A stretch of DNA of 64,000 nt, from the NCBI GenBank assembly GCA_010909165.1, contig MU008178.1, positions 384,369 through 448,368 of the forward strand. Direction: 5' to 3'. This document shows positions 1 through 12,249 of this stretch, piece after piece (position 1 is the first letter of the stretch; every line of letters begins with the position of its first letter). The position numbers were made by a program, and so were the translations under genes. The stretch is from Anthoceros angustus (taxonomy: Eukaryota > Plantae > Anthocerotophyta). The notes under the pieces are model-generated. The model was not told where the DNA came from and searched no databases. It was given only the letters and a program-made list of their open reading frames with translations.

Positions 1-339
1 AAGTAAAACTAGGTATTCCATAGGGTAATAGTAGTAAAAGAGGAAGGTAGATGGGGAGGAGGTTCGGTACCAAGCACAGAAAAGAGACGATGTAACACTT
101 TGGTTGTTGCAATTATGTTGAAATTTTGAGAGGGACACAAACCACCTCTCACTACATTGCAACATAATTGCAACAAGACATATATGAGTAAGGTGGAGGT
201 TGGTTTCCAAACCTAAGCATCAAGGGGTCCCAAAAGTGTAACAAGACCCCAAGATTTTAACATAATTGCAACAAAGGGGTCCAAATCTTAACATAAAATG
301 TAACATGACGCCCTTTCTAGTAGGTGGGAGTGGGTGGGT

Positions 340-580
340 TACCGAGGAGGCGGTCGATGGATGCTCGCATGATAGGGTTGTCCCATTTGAGTTGTCTTGG
401 GCAACCGTGGACCTTGTCATCGCGGGTTGGGAGTGTCGAGGACTATCCTCTGCAGGCAAGGGTCAAGGTCAAGGATCCACGACAACATTGTTCTATGACG
501 ATGAGGATCTTGCGCTTGAAAAGGGCAAGAAAGGCCTTGTGGATACATGTTGGAGAATGTGCCAGCATGCCCAAGAAATT
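340..580 (+). pseudogene. DNA (cytosine-5) methyltransferase fragment, motifs IV-VI, retrotransposon-associated type
   Basis: VDLVIAGWECRGLSSAGKGQG at 407-468 (catalytic Cys codon 434-436). A shifted frame gives KDPR...MRILRL and a third frame gives GYMLENVPA (ENV at 553-561). Order and spacing match C5-MTase motifs IV and VI; at least 2 frameshifts. Confidence 0.7.
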
Positions 581-1453
581 TTTAATGGTGTGCAAGTCCT
601 ACTAGAAAGGCAGCCTATATTCTGATCGTTGTTGCAATTTTATGTTACTTCAAATTGCAACATGCTATAGGCTTGGTATTAAGTTTGACACTATTCCCTT
701 CTCATTTTGTCACCATCTTAACACGAACTCTCTCTCTCATCACCTCACCCTCCTAAGTACACCTCTCTCTCACAAGCATTGTTTATGATTTCAAACATAC
801 TATATGAAACTATATTCACAGTCCTTTGTTACAATTTCATGTAACACTTTCCATTTGGAACACTCATTAAGTTAGTTGGCTTGGTGTTAAGTTTGTGATA
901 CTCTTCTCTACCTTCTCTCACCATCTTAACAACATGCAAGTGGTCTGTTGACTTTACACCTCACCATTAAGAGCTTAGCATTAAGTTTGTTGGCTTGGTG
1001 TTAAGTTTGTGATTTTCTTCTCCACCTTCCCTCACCTTCTTAACAACCTGCCTTTGGTCTCTCCTTTCACCTTACACTCCTAGTTAATGCTCCAGTATGA
1101 CACCCATTTTATAATTTTTCCCTCTTTGTGTTGCAACATGACTGTGACAATGAGCTCCCCTCTCACACTACTATTTTTATTCTTCCCCTCTTGCTTTTCC
1201 TACATGACAGTAACCAGGAACTCTATCTCTCTCCCTTTGGTTGTCATTCTCTTTCCATTTTGCCTCCTTTGCATAGCTATGCATTTATAATCTACCTTCC
1301 CTCTTCAATGCACCCTTGTGTCCACATCTGGTTTTGTTTTAAGCTCCATACAATTGAAAACTCTTGTTTTTGATTATGTATAGTAGGATTCTAGATTATT
1401 TTATATGTCTATCTATATATACACGGTTTGCGGGCGACTTATGTGTATATTCC

Positions 1454-1481
1454 TATATATATATATATATATATATATATN
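1454..1481. repeat. (TA)n microsatellite ending at a single N (possible contig join)
   Basis: Pure TA run 1454-1480, N at 1481, abrupt switch from AT-rich to very GC-rich sequence. Confidence 0.95.
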
Positions 1482-1659
1482 AGCGGCTGCGCCCACAGGC
1501 GGGCAGCCGGCCGCCGGCATGGAACATGTGGGGCTCGGCATGCCGATCGTTGTCGATAAAGCCATGCGGCGCCGCTGGTGCGAGCGGCCAGCGTGCAGGC
1601 GCCGGCATCGGCGCATAAGCGCTGTCGCGCCACCGCGACCCAGTGTGGGGCGGCCCGTC

Positions 1660-2140
1660 TGCGTGCGGGTAGGCGCGGCCCACCGTGATTAAAGCCGGGC
1701 CTGCACCGTCGACGGTGCGAGGCGTCGGCGGGCAGCCGGCCCCGCGGCAATGGCGTCGGCGGGCACCTCGGCGCAGTAGCGCGATCCTCCTGGCGCCCGG
1801 TAGATGGGGCATCGCACTGGTATGGGGTATGGGTTGGGGCCCTCATCCGGCGCCCCCTAGTTGGGCGGCGTGTCCACACTTAACAGTGTGGGGCGTACCG
1901 TCGGTCTCATGCAGGTGGGGCGCGGCCCACCGTGATTAGCCGGACGCCTGCGTCGACCCCGGTGCGAGGCGTCGGCGAGCCGGCCCCGCGGCGTGGGCGT
2001 CGGCGGGCACCTCCGGCGCGCAGTGCAGGCGCCCGTCTGGCGCCCGGTAGATGGGAAAGCAGCATCCCTAGTATGGGGTATGTTGGGGCCCTCATCACGC
2101 CCGCCCTAGTTGGGCGTGTCCACTTAACACTTTGTGGGGC
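1660..2140. repeat. GC-rich tandem duplication, period about 247 bp
   Basis: CACCGTGATT at 1681 and 1928, each followed by GGTGCGAGGCGTCGGCG...GCGCCCGGTAGATGGG...TATGGGGTATG. Confidence 0.85.
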
Positions 2141-2213
2141 GTCGGGGTTGTCGGCGCCGATGATGCCGAAATCTGCGGCGGCCGGCTCGGTTACGAATTA
2201 ATCACATGCCGCG

Positions 2214-3886
2214 ATGGCGGTGTTTCCCTGTGATGTTGCAGATGTTTATCAAGCCGCATTAGACTCCCACCGAATTCGACTTACGGAGGAAAGGAAGAAA
2301 TTGTCAAAGCATCGGTCGAAATGCTATATCGAGCCACATAAATATATCTTATTATCAGTGGATGGAATGGACCAGAAGAAAACCTCTCTCCCCCATATTT
2401 TAAGGTGGCCAAAAGACTTGAAAGGGCCGGTTCATGTTGTGGGTTGTATGGTCACAATTATACTCACGAGCAAGGCGTATCTCCACTATGCAAATCTCGC
2501 AATGATCACGAATTTGACTATTGCGATCATACAAGATGTCATACACACCTCGAGGGCTTCTCCCTTGATTATTATATTTGCAACTAGACAACACATGGGA
2601 AAATAAAAACCAGCTGCTATTTGCGTGTCTCAACATGCTAGTGGAACTACAAGTATTTAAGAAGGTGAAGGTGGGGTTTACGCTAGTGGGACATACGCAT
2701 GACCAAGTTGATCGGATGTTCTCTTGTTTTTCAAAGCATCTCAAGCACAAAGAGGCCCGAACCCTCCAGTATGATAGATATATTGAGAGCGGCATTCACA
2801 CCAAACCCGGTAAAGGTACTCAACGAAGTGCGGACTTCGAACTTATGTGTGGCTGTGAGGAAAGGTGCAAGAGGGCACCGGTGAGGCTGAACAGCGGTGA
2901 ACAACCTCTCATTCCGGCAGTTCAAAATTACAAGAGAAGACTGATTTGGACGGGGGAAGGTGACGGTCATACGGAGTAAACAATATTCCACTTCTCCGCA
3001 ATGGGAAAGCGAAGATGGCTTGGAGTTTTGACTTCAATTCGACACGGTCATTGGCCTGCACCATTAATGGCTGCAAGCCAAAGGCGGAAGGGAGTGAAGG
3101 TGGGCACCTGCGTTGGGCGTTGACCACTTACGCAAAGGCTTACTAAAGCTACCTACATATGTGAATGCAGGAGGAAGGAGTGGTGGGTGACACTGGAAGG
3201 ACCAAAGTGAGATCGCAACTATTGTTGACAACAACATTGGACTTGTTTTGCAGAACGAGTGGAAGTGGTACGACGGGGAATTACTAGTCCCCGATTGCAC
3301 GTACGGAAGAAGCGATTACGGGCGAAGCTTTACTCCGACAAGTACCTCAGAGACACATGTATTTGGGAGGTCACCAGAGTACACAACGACGTCAAGAGGA
3401 GGTTGAAAGGATGAATGGGGATATCATGGAGATCGAGAAGGGCATGTTTCGTAACTCCTTGCGAGGGGACACTCTGGCCGCCATTCGGATTGCAAAGGTT
3501 ATTAGTGTCCACCTAAATCTTGACCCTTATTTACGTGTGCATTGGTGGAGAGCGAGCACAGATGCTTCTGAGGGAAGTATGTGGGAGAATATGTTTGCGA
3601 GCAGATGACAACAATGCACAACCATCAAAAAGTAAAAATGGTAAAGTCTCAAGACCTCTTAATATCCAAAGCGGTCTTTGTGCGGAAAACCGTTATCGTC
3701 TATTATGGCTTCAAGTTGAACTCGAGAAACATCTATGCAGCGGATAAGAAAGCAATCAGGGAGAAGTTGGGTGCCCTTCGTCCCCATCTGCAACCCTGCA
3801 CTCCTGATGTACAAGATGATAGCGATGATGATGGTGACGTGGCGTTCCATGTGAACAGCGAAGGTTTAGAGTCTGGGGAGGAGTAA
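2214..3886 (+). mobile_element. Degenerate DUF7869/Sola-like DDE transposase with a C-terminal beta-rich domain
   Basis: Motifs VDGMDQKKTSLPH (D at 2361), QLDNTW-ENKNQLLF (2581-), GFTLVGHTHDQVDRMFS (GH at 2689). Several frameshifts. The superfamily name is inferred from motif pattern. Confidence 0.7.
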
Positions 3887-3964
3887 TCGTGAGGTGCCAT
3901 TGGTGTGGTGGTCTGTCGAACTGGATCATAGGTGTTCAAATCTCCATAGGATGGGGCCACCGCC

Positions 3965-6290
3965 CAGCCGGCGCCCCTATGTATGAACGGAGTACTGAAA
4001 TTCGCAATGTTCTATTTTTATTGAACCCAGTTTGGAAGGAAGTACATCTCAAATACCACATTATAGAGTTTCCATAGATGGTTTCCAGTAATTTAGGGTG
4101 TTAGATAGCAAGCATGCTTTGGTCGGGACATTGCCGTGGGTGTTTTTATTTGCTCATGCTCCGGCGCACTAGCAGCAGGCGCGCATGCCGGGCGCCTATA
4201 CGTGCCCGCCGCCATTCCAATCAAGGTTTATAATTACACATGATCTAAGAACCCTAGCCGGGATTTCCGCTCGGGCGGCCGAGGAGACGAGGTTGCGATG
4301 GAAGGATGGATCGTCTATCCGTTTATTTTGAAATTTAGAGTATTTGATCTTCATTCACCCGCAAGCATGGAGTGCGATATGGGTATTGTTTATAGGGAAA
4401 GCGGTGGAGGTAAGTCTATGACCATACACGAAACCTATGTACACAAAGCTATGCTCTTACACGAGATCAGACCCTAATTTTGCACCCTTTTCATGGCCGA
4501 TTGGTCCAACGCCATTGAGACACCATAAATAAATTTCCCAGGATATGTACCCTCAAAGCCGCTTCACGTATATTGAGCCCTTCAAATATTAGTGTTGGGA
4601 GCTCCTGCGGACACTCCTCATGATGTTCTTCCTCCGAGAACACCGAGTATTCATCTTTTGATGATCATGATTTCATAACTCAATATATTGTCCACCACTC
4701 TATTTCTGTTGTTGCACCTATCTGCGGAGGAGGAGCTACATATCCTCGGCGCCCTATGTATGAGCAGATCAAATTCGCAATGTTCTATTTTTATTGAACC
4801 CGGTTTGGAAGTACATCTCAAATACCACATTATAGAGTTTCCATAGATGGTTTCCGGTAATTTAGGGTGTTAGATAGCAAGCATGCTTTGGTCGGGACAT
4901 TCTGGTAGGTGTTTTATTTGCTCATGCTCGGCGCACTAGCCAGAAGCGCCAGCGTACGCCCGCATGCCATTCCAATCAAGGTTTATAATTACACATGATC
5001 TAAAGAACCCTAGCCGGGATTTCCGCTCGGAAGCGGCCAGTGACGAGGTTGCGATGGAAGGATGGATCGTCTATCCGTTTATTTTGAAATTTAGAGTATT
5101 TGATCTTCATTCACCCGCAAGCATGGAGTGCGATATGGGTATTGTTTATAGGGAAAGCGGTGGAGGTAAGTCTATGACCATACACGAAACCTATGTACAC
5201 AAAGCTATGCTCTTACACGAGATCAGACCCTAATTTTGCACCCTTTTCATGGCCGATTGGTCCAACGCCATTGAGACACCATAAATAAGCGCTTCCCGAT
5301 ATGTACCCTCAAAGCCGCTTCACGTATATTGAGCCCTTCAAATATTAGTGTTGGGAGCTCCTGCGGACACTCCTCATGATGTTCTTCCTCCGAGAACACC
5401 GAGTATTCATCTTTTGATGATCATGATTTCATAACTCAATATATTGTCCACCACTCTATTTCTGTTGTTGCACCTATCTGCGGGAGGAGGAGCTACATAT
5501 CCTCGGCGCCCTATGTATGAGCAGTCTTGAAATTCGCAATGTTCTATTTTTATTGAACCCGGTTTGGAAGTACATCTCAAATACCACATTATAGAGTTTC
5601 CATAGATGGTTTCCGGTAATTTAGGGTGTTAGATAGCAAGCATGCTTTGGTCGGGACATTCTGGTAGGTGTTTTATTTGCTCATGCTCGGCGCACTAGCC
5701 AGAAGCGCCAGCGTACGCCCGCATGCCATTCCAATCAAGGTTTATAATTACACATGATCTAAAGAACCCTAGCCGGGATTTCCGCTCGGAAGCAGCCAGG
5801 CGGACGAGGTTTGCGATGGAAGGATGGATGCGTCTATCCGTTTATTTTGAAATTTAGAGTATTTGATCTTCATTCACCCGCAAGCATGGAGTGCGATATG
5901 GGTATTGTTTATAGGGAAAACGGTGGAGGCCGTAAGTCTATGACCATACCTGAAACCTATGTACACAAAGCTATGCTCTTACACCCGAGATGCAGACCCT
6001 AATTTTGCACCCTTTTTCATGACCGATTGGTCCAACCGCCATTTGAGACACCATAAATAAGCCGCTTCCCAGTATATGTACCCTCAAAGCCGCTTCCTGT
6101 ATATTGAGCCCCTTCAAATATTACCGTGTTGGGAGCTCCTGCGGACACTCCTCATGATGTTCTTCCTCCCGAGAACACCGAGTATTCATCTTTTGATGAT
6201 CATGATTTCATAACTCAATATATTGTCCCCGCTCCTGTTCTGTTGTTGCACCTATCTGCGGGAGGAGGAGCTATATCCTCGGCGCCCTCG
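3965..6290. repeat. Three tandem copies of a roughly 760-780 bp unit spanning a flank/Copia junction
   Basis: GGCGCCC(C)TATGTATGA...AAATTCGCAATGTTCTATTTTTATTGAACCC recurs near 3970, 4749 and 5505. The unit ends at GGCGCCC near 6281. Copies differ largely by small indels. Confidence 0.9.
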
Positions 6291-8410
6291 TCGACCTCGA
6301 CTCGGATCCGATCCAAGAACCTCAACACTTTGAGGACATCCCCGCAGAGGACATCAAGAACCTCTTGAGGATGATTATCCGGTCAAGATGAGCTGCTTCT
6401 CCTATATACAAACCGCTCATGAAGAGGTCGCCGTTGATGATGAACAACGCACCAAGGTACAACGAGAACTAGACCCATTATTTCGGGACCTGCGGGATGG
6501 AAAGAACCACCCACAGGATACCTTGCTACCTTTGATGATCCTATTTCTCCCTTCTCCCTTTTCACCAGGCATCTATAAAGCCACTTGATCCCAAGAACCT
6601 CGACCTTGAAACAAGCATTTTCCTCTCAGAAAGACTTGTGGAAAGTAGCGATGGATTCGAGTATAACTCATTAGTTAAAAACTCGACATGGGAATTGGTG
6701 AAACCACCTAAGGCGAAAAATAGTGACTAGCAAGTGGGTATTCAAAATCAAACGAAAGGGTGATGGTTCCATTGAGAGATACAAGGCACGATTAGTGGCT
6801 AGAGGGTTTACCGGATCACAGTTTAGATTATCTACCCCATGCCACTTATGCACCGGTTGCCAAGTTTGCCTCCCTAAGAATGATCTTAGCCTTAACCACA
6901 CAACATGACCTTCACCTCCACATGATGGATGTCAAGACACACATGCATGGACGTCTACAAGAGGAAATTTATATGAGACAGTCTGAGGGCTATGAGGTCA
7001 AGGGAAAGGAAGATTGGGTGTGTAAACTCATTAAGTGCATTTATGGCCTGAAGCAATCAGGCAAAGAATGGAATGTCGTCATACATGTCAAGCTAGTTAA
7101 TCGTGGCTTCAAAGCGAAGCAAAGCCGATGCTAGCATGTACATATTGAAATCGAAGTGATATAATTTACCTTCTACTTTATGTCGACGACTTGTTTATGG
7201 CCTCATCTTCCTTATCCCTCCTATGAAATCAAGGCATGGTTCTGAAGTCATTTTGAGATGACGATCTCGAGAGATGACTTATGCCCTTGGCGTTAATATC
7301 ATCGGGGATAGAGGCAACAAAACTCTAAGCTTAGTTCGACTAAGTATATTAAAGAGAGTTTAACAAAATTTGGATTAGAAGAAGCCAAGCCACTACCCCT
7401 TTGCTAGTGGCATTAGGCTCACCTCGATATGAGCCCTAAAACAGATACGGAGAAGCATGAGATGTCAGCAGTACCATATAGACATGCTGTTGGCACCCTG
7501 ATTTACTTAAGTAACTTCACAAGACCCGACATTTCTTTTGAAGTTAGTGCATGTTCACAGTTCCTAGAGAACCCTAGAAGGGAACATTGGCTATCAGTCA
7601 AACGTATCTTCAGATACCTAAAAGGAACTATGCACACTGGATTGACTTACAAGTACAAACCCGGCATACCCAATTTAATCCTAACGACATATCGATCGAC
7701 TATGCGATCCGACAGTAAATCATGTCGCTATGTTCTACTATTGGGAGGTGCTCCAATCTCTTGGTCAAGTAAGAAACAACCTACAATTGCTTTGTCATCC
7801 GAGTCGAGTATAGAGTCCTAACCTCGGTCTCAAAGATATAGTTTGGTGTAGGTTAGCTTTGGGCGAACTTGGTCACCCCAACATAATCCCACACCTTTGT
7901 TCGTTGATAGTCAAGGGGCCATAGCCTAGCTAGAAATCCGTCTTCCACTCCGAACAAAGCACATAGCAATTGAATACCACTACATTCGTGAAATGCTAGA
8001 AAACAAAACAATAGACATAAATTACATCCAAACTCGGGAAAATCCGTGATATATTAACCAAGTCATTAGGTCGTGATTTACATAGCAACACATGAAGAGT
8101 TTAGGGATACTAGATATCAAGTCTAAGCCACCCTAACTCATTAGCTATAGAGGAACATAAGTGGGCAACTAAAAGTTAACGTTGGCTACAAGCCACACAG
8201 TTTGTCCAAATGATCAAGTTCCTCTTCTATTTCTAAATAGTCTTCATAGTATTCCCGAGCTTCTCGCTCCAATGCCCCCAGATCCTATTCACAAAATTTA
8301 GGAGTCATGTTAATATAAAAATAAAAATAAATTATTAAATGCTATTTAAGTCATAAATGGCATTAGGGTACTTACTATAAGTATGCTTAGTATGTCCTTC
8401 ATACTCAGCA
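6053..8410 (+). mobile_element. Ty1/copia LTR retrotransposon, 3' half (linker-RT-RNase H-PPT-partial LTR), degenerate
   Basis: TWELVKPP, KWVFKIKRKGDGSIERYKARLVARGF, MDVKT, IYGLKQSGKEWN, YVDDL, PYRHAVGTLIYL...TRPDI, ISWSSKKQPTIALSS, RTKHIAIEYHYIRE. Purine-rich TTAGGAGTCA then TGTT at 8308. Confidence 0.9.
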
Positions 8411-9649
8411 CATGGGGCAGCTCCCAACCATACCATTTTGATTCCTTTTTATGGCAAACATATTACTGGGGCATGGTAACTATCCTTATCCCGGGGCATA
8501 TCAAGTGGGTAGCTTTCATCAAACTTCCCATAGGAAGATAGCATCCGGTATTGCATATCCTGTCCTTGTTGCTTGAGGGACCACTCTTTGTGGGATAGCA
8601 ATCCTCAAGTGATCCGTGCCCACACACTTGTCCATCCCTACAACCACATAGTTTCTTTTAAGCAAAAAAAAAAAAAAAACTTTGTCCTTATAAATAGGAG
8701 CAACCTACTTCCTATTTCTACTTACTTTCTTTTCCACTACTCTCTGCTACCACCTTGCTCTTGCCCTTCCACTTTCCTCTTGTGTCTTTAGTTTCATCCA
8801 TTTGAAGTCTTCCAGCCGCTAGATCTGCCAATGGATCATCCCATTAGTATACATGCTATCTATCACTTTGTAGCATATATGCGCGAGTTAACATTAATGG
8901 ACATGGTTATCACAAAATTTTATCCCCAGTTACACTTGCGGTTGCGTGTGGATCATTTCTTGTGTAGATTCAATGAGAAAAAATGGTATTTTTTCAATAT
9001 GGTTTCAGTCCACACTGAAGTTCGTCTCAAATTGTTATATGGATTCAATGCTGAAAAAGGTTTCCAAAGATTCCGTGGCGATACAATATAGATTGCGCAT
9101 GTTACCTTGCAGCAAACTCCACACATGTTCAACATTTATTCCATATTTTGATATATTGTTGATTTCCATGTCAAAATACCTTATGATGCTCATATTGTTT
9201 CTTTTTTTAATAGAAACTATATAAATCTCATGTGGATAGTATGTTGATTAAACGATCATATTCCATATTGATTACATGTAACATAAATATCTAATAATAA
9301 TACTATTTTATGATAAATTATATATATAGTTAATATATATTAAATAATTAAACAACCTCATGAATGTTTTATATGGAAACTCCATCGACATAACATATAT
9401 TTGAGGTTCCATATTCAAGGACTCTATAGTATAATATATTAATAAGAAATATTTTTAATATAGCAATCTCGTGGATGAGCTATATGGAAACTCCATCGAA
9501 ATCAAATATATTCAAGATTCGAGACTAGGGATCCGCATCGCTCGGTGTCTATGTTTGACATTAACACATGGGTTGCGGTTGTTTGTTTTCCAACTTCATT
9601 CCTCGGTTGAAAGCATGGCGTGCAACTGAACATTGCTACGCGACAAGCG

Positions 9650-9890
9650 GTAGATAGAGTTTGCCAAGCTGCGGGCTTCAAGCTGCGGTTTGGCAAACTC
9701 TGATTACTGCTGACCCAAGGCTTGGGTCGGTGCAACTCATTCCCACAACCGCAATGTTCGAGCTTATAGTGGTTCGGAAAAACGTCTCTCTACATTGAAG
9801 TGAGGATTAGATGAATTTCGAGTATGTTTGAGGCATCTATCACCACATAGCTTGGAACCCGAAGGCGGTGTTTCTATCTTTGGGCTCACA
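9650..9890 (-). repeat. Extra copy of the Plavaka transposase 3' end
   Basis: GATAGAGTTTGCCAA...CTTATAGTGGTTC...CATTGAAGTGAGG...GAGTATGTTTGA.GCATCTATCACCA.ATAGCTTGGAACCCGAAG matches about 14480-14680 and about 15790-15960. Confidence 0.8.
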
Positions 9891-9899
9891 GGGTCAATG

Positions 9900-11150
9900 G
9901 GCCCCTCTCATTGACCTATGAACAAGGTGTTTAAGGGTGTCTGCGAGGCAGAATAGAGGGATCCGGGATGAAGTTTCCATCTCTTTCACGGGTATGGTAA
10001 ACTGGCATGCATCTTCCAGTTCACCACATTTTGCAAATATCCACCACGCAGATGCCCACCACTACATTAACTAGCAATCCTCTTTCGACAACTGAGTGCA
10101 TGCATGCCCTTGTAAGGCACCGTTGCTTGAACAGCCTTGAGGCAAAGTAAAATGGTCACCAAAAGCGGTCCGCCTCCTCCATTTGTCCATACATAACAAG
10201 CGCCTCTTGGCGAGCCCTTCTTGTGCCTACCCGGTCGAGGGCATTCCAAGTCAAAACATCTTTTGTGTTCATCTTGTCAAAACACGGCGGGCATCTTCTA
10301 GTTTACCACATTTCACATACATGTCCACAAAGGTTGCCCACCACTCGTCGGCCGGTCCTCTTTCGACAATGAGTGCACACCCTTATACATGAGCATCGTG
10401 CTTCCACAAGCCTTGAAGGCAAGCAAAGTAACATGGTTAGCCAAAAGCAAGCCCTCTTGCGCATTTGTCCAAGCCCTTGCGGTGTGTACCCGGCAATCGA
10501 GCATTCCATGTCACTACATCCTTTGTTCATCTTGTCAAAATCTGGCGTGCATCTTTCGATTCGCCACATTTTGCATACACATCGATCATCCATGTCACCA
10601 CATCCTTTGTGGCCATCTTGTCAAAACACAGCGTCCATTTTTGGTTCGCCACATTTTGCATACATGTCCACAAGGCGATTTATAACAAACAAGTTAGTAG
10701 GAATGCCACTCGCACTACATCGCGGTGCACTTTTACGCAGATTCAGTCGGCGGCAAATGCACAAGCTTGAAGGGCAGCTACAAAGACATGAGCATCGGCC
10801 TTCACTCGACCTACCCATTTCATGATGCAGTTGTATTGCCTCCCAGTTTCCGTAATTAGCATGTGCGAGATTATGGAAAAACACATGAAGACATCTGGTT
10901 TGCCCACCTGGTGAACCCATGGCCTCCTGCAGCCTACCTCCACATGCATACATGCGCATGATATGGTTCCCCACGTATGCACTCGTCTCGTACCCAAGTT
11001 TGGCGGTGAGATCATGAATTCGACACCCCACAACCAAATCCTTCTTAGGCATACAGTTTAGTACGATGTACAACAGGCGAAATGGCGGACTACTGTCTTC
11101 TTCGCGATTCAACCAGCGTGAGCTTCCCTTGCGACATAACGTGCTCACGG
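9900..11150 (-). pseudogene. PLS-class pentatricopeptide repeat (PPR) array, truncated; no E/DYW domain visible
   Basis: [104 protein letters not shown] (frameshift-corrected). Confidence 0.9.
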
Positions 11151-11229
11151 TAGCGTGATAACACCCATTGCCGATCCCACGCCTCCCGGTTTAGGCTCAT
11201 CCGGGAGGTGGGCGGAAGGAGAGGTACCA

Positions 11230-12190
11230 TGTCCCATCTGCAGATCCATGCACATGAGGTGCTCATCAACCCAAGTGGGTTAAACATGTTGCTTAAGCAC
11301 AACACCTCGGACCCCTTACGGAAGTCGGAAGCAGCGCTCTTCTTACCTCGTCTGTTGTCCCACCACGGGCGGTCCACAAAAATTGCTGCCGCAGTGCTCC
11401 CTCCCAGCAGCGTAGCTGGAAAACCCGTCCCTACCCACACTTTCTCGGAAGTCTTGGGCTCCTTACCTTCTGGAGGCTTTGCTTGCGAGTTGACTCCCTA
11501 AGAGGTTAGCAGAGCCCCTCATAGAATCCTGGACACACACCAAGCTGAGCTCACTTCCACGGTCCACCGAAGACTATTTTATTAACAAGACAAGCTGAGC
11601 TGGGCTCCACTTCTCCCCATCCGATTAAAGATCCCATCTCTAGCAAAGGTTCCAAAGTCTTCCCACATGAGGTGATGACTCATCAAATGTTTTCATTGAC
11701 TACAACATAAAGCACAAACGTGTTGAATAGTCCCTTACTTTATTCTTTGGCGGTGGTGTGTACCTTGGGGTAGTTGGTCAGAATTGCTCCTGACGGGGGA
11801 TCGGTATAAAGTGAGTCAGCTCACCGGGGCTGAGAAGGTGAGGCTAGCTCGGTGACCATGATATGTAGTATAACCCAGTCATACATCCTCTCAAAGTTGT
11901 AGTACATCTCAAACATTGAGCCAAAATGGGCCAACACTCGGGACCTTATGGCTTTGATCCATCCTCGCCACCTTTTGAATCGAGCTTTTCATTGATCCAA
12001 GCTGGCTTAAGCATGTTGTTTAACCACGGGACACCACAAGACCTCGGACCCCTTAATGGAAGTCGGGAATGGGAGCTCTTCTTCTCGTCTATTGTCCCAC
12101 CACATAGTACGGTCCAGAAGACTTGTTGCCACAAGTGCTCCTGCTCCTAGCACCCCTCTGGCATAGACTAGAAAACTTGTCCCTACCCAT
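11230..12190 (-). pseudogene. Two OSB-type PDF motifs (organellar ssDNA-binding protein family), frameshifted
   Basis: Frameshift-corrected EHLWQQVF..xxMWWDNRREKKSSHxxDF..KGSEVLW..NNMLKPAWINEKLDS (about 11980-12150) and xLxQQFFVDRPWWDNRRGKKSAASDFRKGSEVLCLSNMFNPTWVDEHL (about 11250-11400). These match the LW..F...WWDNR..K....PDF..K....LW...P.WV pattern. Confidence 0.7.
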
Positions 12191-12249
12191 ACATGCATTC
12201 ATGCGGCTAGCGACTTGACATTGACTTTCATAGTACCCCACCGCCGCCT

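Noticed and set aside
1405-2201. Several 60-146 aa Arg/Pro/Ala-rich ORFs on both strands
   Set aside because: They arise from a stop-poor GC-rich tandem repeat; no domain signal.
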